Assembly: GCF_018977255.1 (NCBI RefSeq)
Contig: NW_024704752.1
Coordinates: forward strand, 6,696,001-6,760,000
Length of the DNA: 64,000 nucleotides
Direction: 5' to 3'
DNA from: Callorhinchus milii
Lineage: Eukaryota
Shown: in pieces, positions 48,186 to 63,129 of the stretch
Numbering within the stretch: position 1 is the first letter of the stretch
Layout: every line of letters begins with the position of its first letter
The notes under the pieces: generated by a model
Seen by the model: the letters and a program-made list of their open reading frames with translations, nothing else
Database searches by the model: none
Told to the model about the DNA's origin: nothing
Program-made: the position numbers and the translations under genes

Positions 48186-50542
48186 TTGCACTCACACACA
48201 CTGATCCTCTGGACGTCTAAATACACTTACACACTTGTACTGAATACAATTAAGTACATTTCAATACAATTATCATAATTCTTCCACATGTTTCAATTGT
48301 TGGTCAGTGCTCTATAGAAATAAAAACATGGGGGTAACAGGACTTTGTGGACTCCCTGTAGAAGAGCTAGTTTCAACATTGGTCTGAATGGCCTCCTATA
48401 CTGTACTTCTATGAAACTATACAAAACTCGTATTACCGCAGACATTGCTATTCACAGCGCACTTTGCCTGAGGCTCGCTTCAGTCCAAACCAATAAATAA
48501 AGATCAGCAACTGGGGAATTGCAAGAGTTGAGAACAAAGTGTTCAGTCCCTGTAGATTTAAGCAGCACGTCCGGTATTTGACTGTACTCCGAGCACGTTA
48601 AAGGTGAAATTTCTCTGTAATTATTTTCCACGGTTGCAGATTAACAATTAGATGTACAACAAAATCGCCTGTTAATGGCCCATTTCTATGCAACATTAAG
48701 GAATAAACCTCCCAGAGCAATGCAGCAATTTGGCTTTGGAATGTTTGCTGTCATCTGTATCCACAATATTCATATTTTCTGAAACTTGTTGTCCTTTCTT
48801 TTTGGTGTTATTTGTTCCCTTAGTTTAGGATCCCTTATTGTTTTCTCACACACCCCTGGACAAGATGATCGTCCATGTCTTTACTAATATTGCTTTGGGG
48901 AGACTCGTGTTTACCACCGTTTCTTCTCGAGAATGTCTCGACTTCTCTGTTGGCTCCCCTGAGATTGACTGAATCACTCATATGGGGAATCAGACATCAA
49001 TGCTATGCTAAAAAATCACTGGAGGCTCTAATTTACTTTGCAATTTCAACCCAGGAAAAAAAGATCAAATTAAATCCAAACATTAGCACAAAATGGAAGT
49101 CAAAAAGGAAGTCATTATAGGTCATTAGAACTGAATGTACAGTTTAAGGCAAGTGTTCTAACTGAATTGCTGTCCTTGGTTACATAGTCAATATAAATGA
49201 GAATTAATTGTGTGATGACAGAAAAACATTGATCTTATTAAATTGGCCAACTTCCAAATATACAACCTTATTTGAAGGGATGGGAAGTTCTTTGGATGTA
49301 TTATAAAAATCATATTTAAGCGGGAAAGGGGTTGAAAGAGAAAGAAAAGTACGTTCAACATAAATACTTACCTATAAACACTGAATTCAGGAAACCACCA
49401 TAAAATGATGACTCACGTTTGCTTTGGAAGCAAAATGCAGAATGAAAAGTGTCTACTGATAGTTTCTGTGCCAATCTTTCTCCTCCTATCTCAACCCCCT
49501 CCTTTGCTTCTCTCCTGAAGGCATTTGACTTCCTTTTACCTTTCACTGAGATACAGTTCTGCGGGGCCTTCATCTGTCCTCACCCAATGCCCACACACAA
49601 GCACCTTCCAACAGATCAGCTGCAATCAGCTCACTTGGCACAGGCCAGGATGGTATCCTACAAGCTTCCAGTCTGTAAGGCCCAATGGGGGAGCTTTCAG
49701 GAAATGTCTGCCAGCTGGCCTCTATGGAAAAGCATCTTAGGGGAGATTACTGCTGAAGAGCACCCACTCACTGCCTTCTCAACAAATAGTGAAGGTCTCA
49801 TAACGTGGACAAGAACTTCATCCTGAATATACATCGTTACATAGTGCTCTCTTTCCTTAAGATTTAGCTCTGACCGATTCTTATGTTATGCTCATCTTCT
49901 TGGTATCAAATAAATCCTATTGCAATGTGCTCACCATGTCTTTGTTGTGGAGAACACATAGAAAGCTTGGACTTAAACAATATGTATGTATAGATCTATT
50001 AAAAGCATAATTATTTACTAATCTACCAACTGCTGTGTGACTACAAACTATTGCAGAGTACAAAGTGTATCCTTTTCACTAAACCTCCTGCAAAGCGTAT
50101 AGACATTAAAAAATATAAATTCTCCCTTACAGAAAACAGTTCTGCAGACAGTGACTCTGCTATTCACATTATCCATACATTTATTGATGTGTGTACAAGC
50201 GGCAGGAGTCCTTACGATGTTTTAGTACTTCCTTATCACACCAGCTTTGCAAACAATACAAGGACAATTGATAGCATTCAAAGAGATATGGGCTATTTAA
50301 GCAGATAATGAAGGAAAGAACTTTTAATGTAAGTAACTGTGCTGCAGAATAGGAACCGTAATCTTGAAGTGTGGGTATACACAAAGAAAGAAAGAACAAA
50401 AGTGCAGGAAGAATAATAATAAATAAGAAAAGCACTATATCAAATGCAAGGATTAGAATGGGAATCAATGTCATTATTAATGACTAATGAGTCCAGTCAA
50501 TGTCTATTCATCGCTTGTGTGCATTTTTGGAGTATTTTTCTA

Positions 50543-50865
50543 CAATAATAATAATTCTTGCATTTGATATAGCACCTCATCACATTGTTGAGATGTCTCA
50601 AAGTGCATCACAGCATATACTGTTAATTGAATTGACTATATATTTTGTGAGTGAAACACAGCAGCCAATTGCACACATCAATGTCCTACAAACAGTCATG
50701 GATTGAGTGACCATATAGTTTTTTAAGGGATTATCATCCCGGAAAGCGATCCACCAATTGACTCGCAACTGGTTTCCTAGTTACCGTTAGGTAAACAGAG
50801 GCATGTGGTGTAAGGTTTTATCCTCTCATTTGTGAGGCAAGAGTGCTAACCACAACGCTATAGGT
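50543..50865 (-). mobile_element. Type-A Deu SINE, long form, degenerate
   Basis: Tail, core and internal block present. Confidence 0.75.
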
Positions 50866-51117
50866 CAATAGAAGTTGGTTAAACCTGATTAAGTTACATA
50901 TAGAATATTGTGTGCAATTTCCGGGATTCTGGCTAGAAAATAAATGATATATTGGGTGAGATTGTTTCTTGCACTTAGGGTTTCACGTTGTGAACAAAAA
51001 TTCACTGAAAAGACCTTGATTATGTTGGACAAAAGATAAAGGGGGTACATTAAAATGCAAGGAGGAACCTTATAATGGAGATGCAAACAGACTGGGTGTA
51101 TGGAACGAGTGAACAAG

Positions 51118-51422
51118 AATAATAATAATAATCCTTGCATTTGATATAGCGCTTTTTACGTCGGGAGGACGTAATTCACTGTAAAGTGAATTGACTGTAT
51201 ATTTGTGGGCAAACGCGGCAGCCAATATCGCACAGCAGTGTCCCACAAACAGTCGTAGATTGAAAATGACCAATTTGTTATTTTTTTTTGGTTTTGGAGG
51301 GATTATTATTAGGCTCTGTGTGGAGTAAGGAAACTTGCCCAAGGTTTCGCCCTCTGCCTGGAATTGAACTCAGGTCTCTCACTTGCAAAGCGAGTGCTCT
51401 AACCACTGAGCTACAGGACTCC
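51118..51422 (-). mobile_element. Young type-A Deu SINE, short form
   Basis: The ~105-bp head region reads identical to that of 9711-10041. Confidence 0.9.
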
Positions 51423-54400
51423 ACAGAACATAATATTTAAGTCTTGAGCAAGTTGAGAGATGAGACTTTTTCTCAAAAGGGTAGTGGAAATCCACAGCTG
51501 GCCAAAATTTCAACAAAAACTGTATAATTATCTAAATCGGGTGATGCAAAGTTAAAAGGATAAGTGCTGATAGAGATGATTGTTCAACACGGTCGCTCCT
51601 GGGATCATGCATATGTGCCAACGAATCAGTCAAGGCTGAATAATGCAGGAGCTCGGGTTAGAGAGAAATCTGCAGCTTTGATTTCTTTGTCAGTTTTGGC
51701 AGGAACTTTCTTCAGGAAATTAAATAAGACGGGTAATATTTGTGGGCGAGTCGATGGGCCATGGTCTGTGGGAGGAAATTGAATTCCAAACAGTGTCCAG
51801 TTGTTATTCCTTTGTGGGTTTTTTTATTTTCCTGCATTTGTTTTTCCATTCTCGTTTTATAATTTTTTTCTCTTCCTCTAATTTCTCTTCAGCTGTTAAG
51901 CAACCTAAACAATTTAAGTTTATATAGCACCTTTCACATCTATGAAAGGATGTCTCACAGACGATTGGGTGGGCGTAGGGAAGGGGGAAGAGAAGAAAAC
52001 TGAGGAGGGACGAATGTGACTGAAAGCGTGGTAGAAAAGATAAGCCTTAAGACAGGAGGAGAGGGAGGATGGGGGATCGGAGTTCCAAAGAGCATGGCAG
52101 CTTAAACACTTAAGACATTTCCTATTTCTTGACATTAAACTCGTACTATAAGTCTCTGTATCCCGCAGCACCTCCTATGTTATTTTGTCCATCAAATTAT
52201 GTCATTATTGGTCTCTCTTTTTTAAATATCTATTTTTGCCCACACTATCAGTCCATCATGTCACTGATTCCCTTTTCCGCAGACTGGAGAAGTGAGTCCT
52301 GACCAACAACCCTTTCAGTGTCATGTTCTGTAAATCTCTGTGTTTCTCCAGGTCTTCAGAGAGCTGTGGAGATTTGTGTTGAGAGAAAGATGAAATTAAA
52401 AATTAACCTTGGAGTCGTTAATGAAACGCATTTGTTCAATGATGCGTAGAGAATTCCCGCAGCACACATTGATATTGTTGGGAATAATGGTAAAGTCACT
52501 GACATTAACTGCAGCAACCATTTTTAGAGACTTCTAACAAGACCATATTTATAGTGGCTCGCAGTGAAATTCCATTGGGTTGATGTAAGGTTAAATATTT
52601 TACACTAAAAGTGCTTTCACCCATTCCATTTCTACTCGAAGCCAAATGGCAACCATTGGAGTAACCCCTCTGCCCCCATTACATTTAAGCCAATCAAGAT
52701 GTCAAAAGAAGTGCAAGTCATTTGATTTCATCCTTCCAGATTGCCAACCTTTCCAATACACTATCAAGCAGTTAGTTCAGAGACAGGCAGACAATTCCTG
52801 GGGAAAAGTAGTTTCAATGGACAAAAATCACTGGGTTTAGAGAAAGCGTACAGTAATAATACTTGCATTTGATATAGCGCCTTATCACGTCTTTGAGACG
52901 TCTCAAAGCGCTTCACAAAATATACTGTGAAGTGAATTGACTGTATATTTTGGACTCATCGAACATAAGAGATCAATTATAAATATGTCAGGAGTTTTTT
53001 TTATGTGAAATAGCCACTGAGGGACCTTTGTCTGGCGCTCAATCTTTCATTGACACTCTTGTGCTGGGATTGATATTAGCAGCAGGAAATATGGCAACAT
53101 TGGCTTTCTACAGTGCCAACTGGCTGGAAACAAATGAATACTATCATTTGAGTTGACCTTTTCCACCCAGAAATCTGCACCATGTCATTTTCTCCTGTTA
53201 TTTCACTTGTAGCTTCCCTGTCTACTTTCCTAGTTGGAGTTATTTCCTCACCCCGTTGCTAATTTATTCTCACCGTACTGCAAAGAAGCAACAAGACTGG
53301 TTCCCAGGCCAATGTTAGAATGCTGCTCTATGTGTGTATTGTGGGGGAGAGGGACCTAGAACTAGGTGCAGACCAGACAACCATTCTATTAGATCATGGC
53401 TGATCTGTATCTCAACTCCACTTACCCATCTTTGCTCCGTATTCCTTGCGAGTTCCAGATTTTCAGAGGGGTGCACGGAGAAGCGTATGTGGTTACTCAG
53501 GGTTATTTTGGCCCCCTGCTCTTCCTCTATTCCCCCTGGCTGGGAAGCTCAGGCCCAAAAACCTATGGTTAGCGGTGTGCTGGAGTCGTATTGTGCTTCC
53601 CATTGTGCCACCTGCAGAGTATTCAATTGAACTGAGAGCGTCTGCCACCACGTCAAAAGAAAGGATTTCCATTCTGGTTGAGGAGCTACAGACGGGGTGT
53701 AAATGGAATGCAAGATCTCCAGCTGGGTGCAATTTGTGTTACGAAGCAGTGCATCTCTTTTGTGACTTTTATGATTGCTTTTTAAAAATGCAATCTGTTC
53801 CAAATAAATGTCTTCTGCAATATCCATAGGAATATCTGAACTATAATCAGCGCTTGACATTAGCTGGTTGCTGGAGGGTTCAGGTATTCCAGATGGTGCA
53901 CATTGGCCTATTGAGCACATGCCTGAAGCTACACATTATTTTGTTTTCCCTCTGTCCTTGTTGCATTATTCTCTCCCCAATGCTTCAGACTCATCATTAA
54001 TTCAAGCAGGTAAGGCTGTCTGTGTTACACATCGCAAGTCCTTGTGCAAAGGGCAGTTCAGAGTGTATTGTTGAGCCCTGATCAATAATGTATTATTTTA
54101 CAGAAAATAAATCCTTTTTGCACTCCTGACTTGATCCGATATGGTTTTGTTACAGCACCAATTTGTACTTGACATTTGATTGCAAATTACTTTGGCGCCC
54201 TAAGTAAATATCACAAAAAATTGTGTTTTCTATTGTTTTACCCCTCTTTTTTAAAAAGAAGTCCCCTCTCCATTTTCCACTCGTGTGAGGCAAGTGGGTT
54301 CCCAGCTCTCTTCTAATGCCAATCTGTAGCCATAATTGCTCTGTCTCCCCTTTGGTAACCCCATAATAGCTGAATAGAGGGAGTTGACTGGGGGAAATGA

Positions 54401-57400
54401 CAGGGAAGAAATAGTTGCACAACGCACTACCATTAATATTCTGACAGCTCCCATTGTAGTACGTATCACATACACATCACTGTGAGTTATCATTGGAAGT
54501 TCAATATCCCCTCCATCCCTTCAAATACTGAGAAAGTAGATAAGTCAAATTGTTGGACAATTAGCCAAGGAAAATCCTTGGCTATGTTAGAAACTCTTCT
54601 CAGTTAATTAATCGCAGAATTGACACACAAGGCTACAGTACTTGAAAACCACATTCTTTTAACTGGATAATTAATGAAGTGTAACGTACGGTAGTCATTT
54701 TCTAACAACTGGATCGATTAGAGAATTACCAACTGGACACAGCAGATAAGTCAAGCTTTCAGCCTGTGAGTCGGAACTAAAGGAAGAAGAGGAAAAAAAT
54801 GTTGCAAGAGGAATTTTAGCACAATTGAAACAGATGTGGAACAGCTTTGAACATCCAGACTCCTCAGTGTTCTGCTGGTGTAACATACAAATAGTGAGCC
54901 CATATAATAGCAAGATGAGTATAGCAATAAGTGCCGGAGGTGGGGGGAGAGAATTCAAACCATTAGTCAACAAGATTTAGTTGCTAATTCCTATTCAGTT
55001 TCATTGGAGAGTTCGAATTCCAAGTGGATTTCATAAAGGGTCATTTAGGAGATAGAACCATAGAAATTTACAGCACAGGACCTATCCATTAAGGCCCATT
55101 CTCTTGCTCTTTCCTCATATAATTGTACAATCCTTATGGAGATTGCTGTGCAAAGGCTAATAATAAGTCATTTCTAAAGGTCAAAAACTAATGTTTGAAA
55201 GTGCAACCCTTGCATTGGTTCCCATTTGGTGCTTGAAAGTTGATTGCCAGAAGCTCTGTTAGATCCACAAGTTAATAATCAAGCAGATTTTTAACCCGTG
55301 CAAACCCGCACTTGTTAACAATGGGCACTTGGCCCAAAAAGTTGCAGCCATCACATTTTTCAGTTAGGCACTTGCCAAAATCCCTACATATGAATCATGC
55401 TTCAATCCGTTTCCCTTCTGAAATGGTTATTAATTAACTCTCTCCTCCTTTTCTTGATGTGCTGCTTTCAGACTTTGTTTCCCACAATTCATAGACCGAC
55501 ACACCAAGACTTTGAATGGTATTTTCAACTAAAGCATTCATGGGTGGAGGGGTAAGGATATCTATGGCCCTGTAATTGCAGATATAATTTTCCTTCTGAA
55601 TGAATGCAACACAATCATTTCCCCCCAGGAACCTGCATTATTCACCCAAAAGCATACTCATCATCCTCTTGCGGCTGTTCTGTAGCATACGTCTTGTCTT
55701 GATAACATTCAGATCGTTATTCAATATTTGACCTTTATAAAGAGCTCAGAGTGGAGCAGGAGATTCTCATAACCAGAAGACATACACTTGTCACAGTTAA
55801 TTACTTCCCTCACCTTCAATCCCACTGACAAATATCAACAGCTGACATACCTAGCATATGGTCGTCTTGGATATTGTGTCAATCAAGTAAATAACATTAC
55901 ACTGCATCGAGGCTTGCTGCATTCACCTTCCCACTAGCTAGTTATGGTATAAAATGATCAAACAAGAGTAGTTCTGTGAAAACTGGTGGATGTTCATTCC
56001 CATGTCTTTCAGAGACACAATCTGCACACATCAAAACAGCAGAAATTTTCACTCAATGAGTGTTCAGCTGCGGGTTGATGGGCTAGTTTCATAGCTTCAT
56101 ATTGCAGAGTTGCTTGACAATGGGCCATGAAATAATATTCTTATTCTTTAACTTTCTTTGAGGGGAGAAGGGGAAGAGAATATCGGAATAAACATTATTC
56201 CTTCCTCAACACAAATTGCTTAACATCAATGATTCCTTTTTCTACTTTTGATGCCAATTATTTTGTGTGCGTATGTTTGGTGATGGGGGAGGACAGTGGA
56301 GATAACTTAACTCTCGTCCAGAGGCAAGAGGTCGATCGGGACATCACAGACAAGATGAATCCATCTGCCTTTAATGATGATCTCAAGCTGCCACCGTGAT
56401 CTTCAGCCTGGATTTATATCCTCCTTGATCATTTTACTGTCTGTAGGAATGATCAATCATGGTGAATGGCAGGACTAAAGCAGTGATTGGAAGTAGGAAA
56501 CCAATAATATTCCCATTCCTGCTGACACTTGGAGGGCCATTTGTCACAATATAAAACGCATTTGTGTGAGAGATGGACGTACTGAGCTGCTTTAGGTATA
56601 TAATAAGAAAGGGTCGTCATGAAAAGTGATTACCTCCTCCACTGAAACAGCAATTTGTTACAAGCATCTAGACATCAATATAACTCTTGTAAATACCTCA
56701 CGCCATTTCAGTCAAGATCCTTGATGTTGAATCCACCCACTTTTGCCTCAGGACAAACTGAGCTTCCTGACGATGTGCTGCTCACACAGTAATCCCATCT
56801 CATTGCTGGGAAGTTTTCTAACTGAGAAACAGAACCACAGATTTAAGGATCACTAATTGGATGTGTATAGAACATGGACCTCTGTTACTGTAGAACATTG
56901 AATTGATGTTCAAATTAGAGCATTGGAGTAGCTTCTTAAAGTGGACAGGTAGAGTTTTAATGGCCTGTCAAGGGTATACCAGGATTTCTGGGTGCAGGCA
57001 GATGTTTTGTAGGATACAGGCTAGGTTTGAATGGTTCCAGTTATCACTGACTTTTTTGAGCCTACTTGGGAATGGAGTTTTCCAAAAAGTTAGCTGACCT
57101 CGGGCACTTATTTGGGGGAAATGTGTCCATCTATTTGCCCTATAGCTGTATCCATCAACTCCCTTAATGAAGCAAATATGGTGCTAGGACTCGTGCTCAG
57201 AAGAGGGAAGCTGTTTCGAATTAATTACTGTACATCGTGAATATGTGAATTGGACACTGCGTCAACAAATTTAAAATGGAATTTGGCAAAGAAATTATGT
57301 GTGAGTCAAAAGTACAATTTGGTTTATTTGATTCTCTTCTGGCTCTGATTATTTCAATGTTCCCATTATCAAAGGAGCAGCAGAACTCTGAAGTCCAGGA

Positions 57401-60154
57401 AACTCCCAACAACAACTTGCATTTATACTGCCCATGACATAGGGTACCAGGTAATCTCTGGTCTGTGCTGACCTGGCAGTGTCAGGGAGTTGTTGGGTTG
57501 GGATCTTACCACAGTGGACATTAGTGGGGTGTAAGGGCATGACTGGGCATGCAATAGCCTGCCAACACTCCCCAACAAAGCTTGGCAACAGATGGTGACT
57601 GGCCCACAGGGAACCATTACTGAGAAGAAAAGGAAATAGGAGTCAACGTTTTCATGAAAGCGATTTTTTTTAAAAAGGAAATTGAAATACTCAGGGGAAG
57701 ACGATTGTGGAGCAGTGTAAACCAGGATTCAAAAAACAGAAATATGAATATGCTGCACTTATAATTCAACAAGTTGGAGTATCTATAGAGCGTTCCCCCA
57801 GGAGATTCGTGGGTTTGTGAGTAAATTCCACACAATAGATTTCACATGTGAGCCAGCAGATTAAGGCTTAGGACCATTGCTTGCATTTTGTACTTGCATT
57901 TAAATAAGAGATTCATTACTTTGGCTCTGGCTGATTATGCACTGCTTCCCTAATACAGGTGCATACTGCCAAAGGTCCATCAATTTACCAGCAACTCCTT
58001 GAGCTCTTCATATAGCTTTATGATCCAAAACCACAAAGCTAGATATTATTGACAATAGTCAAACCAAATAAAACTCACCTGGATCAGCCTTAGTAATTTC
58101 AGATTCTGAATATTATTTTCTAAGTATATCTTTTTGAAAGGATCATACTCTATTCCAAGGGACTAATGTTACAGTCATTTCTTTTCCTCCCTGATCATGT
58201 GAGAGGGTCTTTCAAGCTTGCATCTAAGCCAACAACAAAGCACCTCTTAGAGGAAGAACTTCCAGTATTATTCCAGTAACACATCCCACACCGATGCTCT
58301 CACACCCATAAGGAACTGCTTGATCCCCTTCCCCCCCATCCTTCTATGATATTGAGCAATGAGAAAATAGAAATAAGCAGGATGTCCTCAGTTACAGCAA
58401 AGCAGTGAGATTAATTTGAATGTTGGTTCTAGCGTTCTCTTCTGAAGATGCTGCCTACTGTTGGGCTAAAATTTAACAGGCATCAGATACCTTCCAGTAG
58501 CCCACCCTAGTGGCCATTCTTTATGTGTGAGCAAGTTAGGTGGCATTTATCAGGTGTATTTGTAACATTGTGCAGTTAGCACAATCATATGACAATTTCC
58601 AGTTATTATTAATAATAATCCTTGCATTTGATATAGCCCCTTATCACATCGTTGAGATGTCTCACAGAACTTCACAGAATAAACGGTAAAGTGGATTGAT
58701 TATGTATTTTGTGGGTGAAAAACCAATAAACAAGAGAGTGCCCATCATGGAATGACTCAAACTGCTGAACTGTTTAGTGCTCTGCTACTAATCCACTCAA
58801 TGCTAAGTGAATAAAACTATATTTAACTATGTGTACTTAAAAATAATGGAAAGTCAAGAATATAATAGTTTAAAGAGATCATGTACTGAGATCAAATTTT
58901 CCCCAGAAGGCGGCACAATTCGTCTCACTTCCTATTGTGAAAACATTGCTCCATCTCATTAGAAGATTGAACAATGCTGAGCACAATGGGTCGGTCACAC
59001 AGTTGGGATAGTTTACCTCGACTGCCTCTTCATACTGACATTCCAATTTACCAAATTATCACAGCTTGAATCTTTCCGTCACCAGCGTTCTGTCTAGAGT
59101 ATCAGTTTCTACTGATAATGCTAAGCTTATACTGCCCGGAACTGTGTAACAGAAACCCTGATTTTTACTTACTGGAAAAGGAAACTTGAGCAATACCTTT
59201 GTACTGCTTAGTTTCTGGGTCACAATATTGGTTACCACAGTGGGCAGCATTGGGGTAATCTTTGGTGTAGCATGTTTTGTATCATCATTGTACCATGCAC
59301 CTTAATCATACATTTACACGTTTCTTTCTGATGCTCAGACTCTCACTTTGGACTTTGGCCCAATGTCCTAGGGCTCTTGGATTCTCAGTTCTATGATGCC
59401 TACAACTCAGCACTGGCCTCTCTCTGTATGCCATCAACCAATGAAAACTCCACATACTGAGGTCTCAAGCAACTCTTTATTGATGCTGGTGCTTGCTTTT
59501 GTAGAAAATATATACACGAGTTTTAATGCAGTGCATTATCCTCTGTATGCTAGATGGATGGCTCAAGATGGTTCACCTATAAAAAGGAAATAGAATAAGT
59601 TAATAGTGTACCAGAGATTTTACATCAGTCTAAAGCATTGGTACTTGAAACATCAGGTAATATTGTACAGAAAGTTTTTAATAACCAATGATTTTCAATA
59701 CTCTACTAGAGCTATTCAGTTATGATATAAAACTTGCATTTATATAGTGCCCCTCACACAGGGTAGCACCCCAGAGGGCTTGACCGTGGTAGAGCACAAT
59801 GCCAAGCCAAGAGGTGACTATAGGCACGGTCGAAAAGGAAAATCTTCAAGCATAACCTGAAAATGGGGGAAGCGGTAAGCCGGAGGGATACATCACAGAA
59901 GGAATGATGTTTACTGAATTAAGTAATGAATAATGGATTTAACAGCCTCAGATAACCCCTCCAAACTCTCCATACCAAACCCTTTAGTCACAACCTAGTT
60001 TTCTCTATGCACCTCCCTAGCCTGCTGGTTCAACACCATGTTTTCTTTTTAATTCTTACCATTCTTTCTGAAGGCCACAGTAGTACTGTATTTAATGTAT
60101 TATTCTTACCTGGAAATGGAATCGGGAGAGATGCGAAAGAGAGGGAATCAAGCA

Positions 60155-60434
60155 TTGATTGAGACTTTAAGCCAAGGTCACGTCTGCCTGATCAAGTGGA
60201 TGATCAAGATCATATGTCAAAAAGAGACGGGAGTATTCCCGGTGGCCTGGCCAACAGTCCCCCAGATGAAATGGGTTATTCCTTTCATATCCATTTCTGG
60301 GACATTGCTGTGCACAATTGTGCTGACTCTTTTGCCTCCAAATACACTGCCACTCCATTTCACAGTAAATCTTGTGAAGCATTTTGAGATATCCTTCAGA
60401 TATAAGGCTCTATCAAATGCAAGTTTATTATTAT
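60155..60434 (+). mobile_element. Type-B Deu SINE, 5'-truncated
   Basis: Body, Deu core and tail. Confidence 0.7.
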
Positions 60435-60436
60435 AA

Positions 60437-61436
60437 AATATTATCCTGCAAGTATCAAATTGGAAGTGTGTTTATAAGGTATATATATCAGCAAATAGAT
60501 ATGGTGGAACCTGGTGAATATGTGTACATTATTATAGAACCTGGTTTACCTGCACACCAAGCAGAAGCATTGCTGGCAAAAAAAAACCCTGCCTTGTGCA
60601 CGTATTAAGTTGCACACATGCACACTCAGTTATTAAGGACATAATACAGTTGCTCTGAGCAGAGTTGTTGGCAACTGTATGCAACTTCACATATGCGCAG
60701 AACACTATATTTCCCCCTCCCCCGGTAACATCAAGGTCAGTCTCACAAGGTTAAACAGCACATTACTTTTATACAGTGTGTGGTGACGAGTCAGAAAAAG
60801 TTAGAGACTCAGAAACAAAGGGGGAGAATGAGAGGGCACGAGCATAGAATATTACAATGACAGTACAACTTCTAATGGAACAACATTTTAGTTAGCACCA
60901 TTTGAATTTTGTGTCCAACCATCCACACTAGCTGTTTTGGAGCCAGTCCTAATTAATGCAGAACCGTGAATATTTTTGAACAAATCATAGGGTAAATAAC
61001 AGGGCTTGTACATCATTAATATGAGTGGAACTATTCAATGTTGACACTGATTCCACTGTCAGCTCCATTAGGGATTGTGTCCATACCACTAAACTGCTAA
61101 TAAATTATCCTAATAAATGGAAAGGTGCATTTAAGGGTAAATTTGACTTTCATTCAGAGTGAATTCTGCCACCTACTGGCCTCAACAATAACATCCTTAG
61201 GAACACAGGACTACAAGGCTGTAAAAGGCCTTCAGTCTATTCCTAATAAAAAAAACACACCCAAGTGCATCGGACATCAATTTCTTCACCAACTAGTTAT
61301 CCTGAAATCATCAACAAAACCTGCCAATCACATGTAGGGGTCCATTCCACATATTCACCTGGTTCCACCATATCCAATTGCTGATTGATATACCTTACAC
61401 ACACACACTTCCAATTTGAATTTGCAGGATAATATT
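60437..61436. repeat. Pair of ~90-bp imperfect inverted repeats enclosing ~820 bp
   Basis: 60437-60524 (AATATTATCCTGCAAGTATCAAATTGGAAGTGTG...GATATGGTGGAACCTGGTGAATATGTG) matches the reverse complement of 61348-61436. Confidence 0.85.
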
Positions 61437-61489
61437 CTCATTTCTGTGTTCTATGTACAGCTTGCATTGATGTCTCATTAATGATATTA

Positions 61490-61868
61490 AATGCATTCAC
61501 GCCTTTCACATTGGGAGGACATTTCATAGGATATGCTGTGCCTGTTTTGTGAATGCAGAGGCCGATTTGCACACAACAGTGTCCCACAAACATCCATGGA
61601 ATGAGTGACCAATTTTTATTTTAGGGGGGGGTGTGATCCTTGTCCAGGACAATGGGAGAAATTCCCTTCTCTTTTCAAATAGTGCCATTGAATTTTTAAC
61701 GTCCACCTCAACAGGCAGATGAGATCTCAGTTTAATATCTCGAACGCAGCACATCCCAGCACTACACTGGAGTGTCAGCCTACGCTATGAGTTCCAAGCC
61801 CTAACGTATAACTTGAACCCACATCCTTCTGACTCAGAGGCAAAAGTGCCACCAACTGAGCCAGGCTG
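61490..61868 (-). mobile_element. Full-length type-B Deu SINE
   Basis: 5' CAGCCTGGCTCAGTTGGTGGCACTTTTGCCTCTGAGTCAGAAGGATGTGGGTTCAAG, then Deu core and tail. Confidence 0.85.
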
Positions 61869-63129
61869 TTAAACATTCTCCAGGACAGAAACCATGTGTA
61901 ACAAAATTATACTATCATTCCCCAGCATACTGTAATTCCTCAGATTGCTTTCATACTGGCACAACACACTTTACCTATAGACAACTAGTCAAAAAANTTA
62001 GCTTAATGCATTACATCCTTAAAAAAATATATCTATACCCAAAAATTACTAAAATGTACAAGTGAATTCAGCTTTCACAAGTTGGACGACCTCAACTTCA
62101 GGTGAAAAAAAGTTATGGATCTTGCTGCAGGCAGTGCCTCAGAATAGTTGGGCATATCTCAGTGCCCATATGGATAACAGATAGCTGTGCCATCAGAGAG
62201 GTGTGAAGAACAAGCAAATGACAATGCAAAATGTCATCCCAGGTCATACAAGCATTATTATTATTCTACTTATGAATCTCCTGGTGGTTGACTGGAGAAT
62301 TGCATTGAGAGTAATAACAATTAGCCTTGTATTTGATTATAGCGCCTTATCACGTCTTCAAGACTTCTCAAAGTGTCTCACAGAATAGACTGAAGTGAAA
62401 TGACTGTATATTATGTGGGTAAATTGCGCACAATGTTGTCCCACAAACAGTCATGGATTGAGTGACCAAATTATTATTATATTTAGAAGTGAGGAAACAG
62501 ATTGCTTGCCTGTTTTCTCTCAATGACTTGCATTAACATAAGAGTACTCTTCACAACCTGTAGCGTATTGGAGCATTTTCAACTGGAATCGAGGTACAAA
62601 TAAAGCTAGGACTATTTATATTAAAAGACTGCCATTTACATTAGTAAGTAAACTTGGTTTTGTAGGACAAAACTACAATCAAAATAGACGTGGAGATCAA
62701 GATAATACATTTTCTTTCCAACACCAAGAACTATGTGGTGATAACTTACTGTCAGATTTATGTATAACACCGTACAAATTTCTCATTTGAAGATCACCTT
62801 GTAGATAAGATTAAATGGCAAAGGGTAGTGGAAATCATTAGGGTAATGTGGGAGAAGTGTACATTTTATCATTGCTTTGTATTTGATCTATCTGCACTTT
62901 CCAATATTTTAACTTGCTCTGCAGTTGTTTACCTGAACCCTGAGAGCTTAACCAGTCTGTGTGTAACGCTGTAACACATGAAAAATCCTTGCCAGAAATC
63001 AACCAAGCTTGGAATAGAGATCCGAGAGGCTGGGCCGCCCCATCTAATGTCCGATTTTGAAAGAATGATGTTCGTATTGTACTCAAAAAGTAATCTTCAC
63101 CTTGCACTGCGGGTTTAACTCTGTGAATT

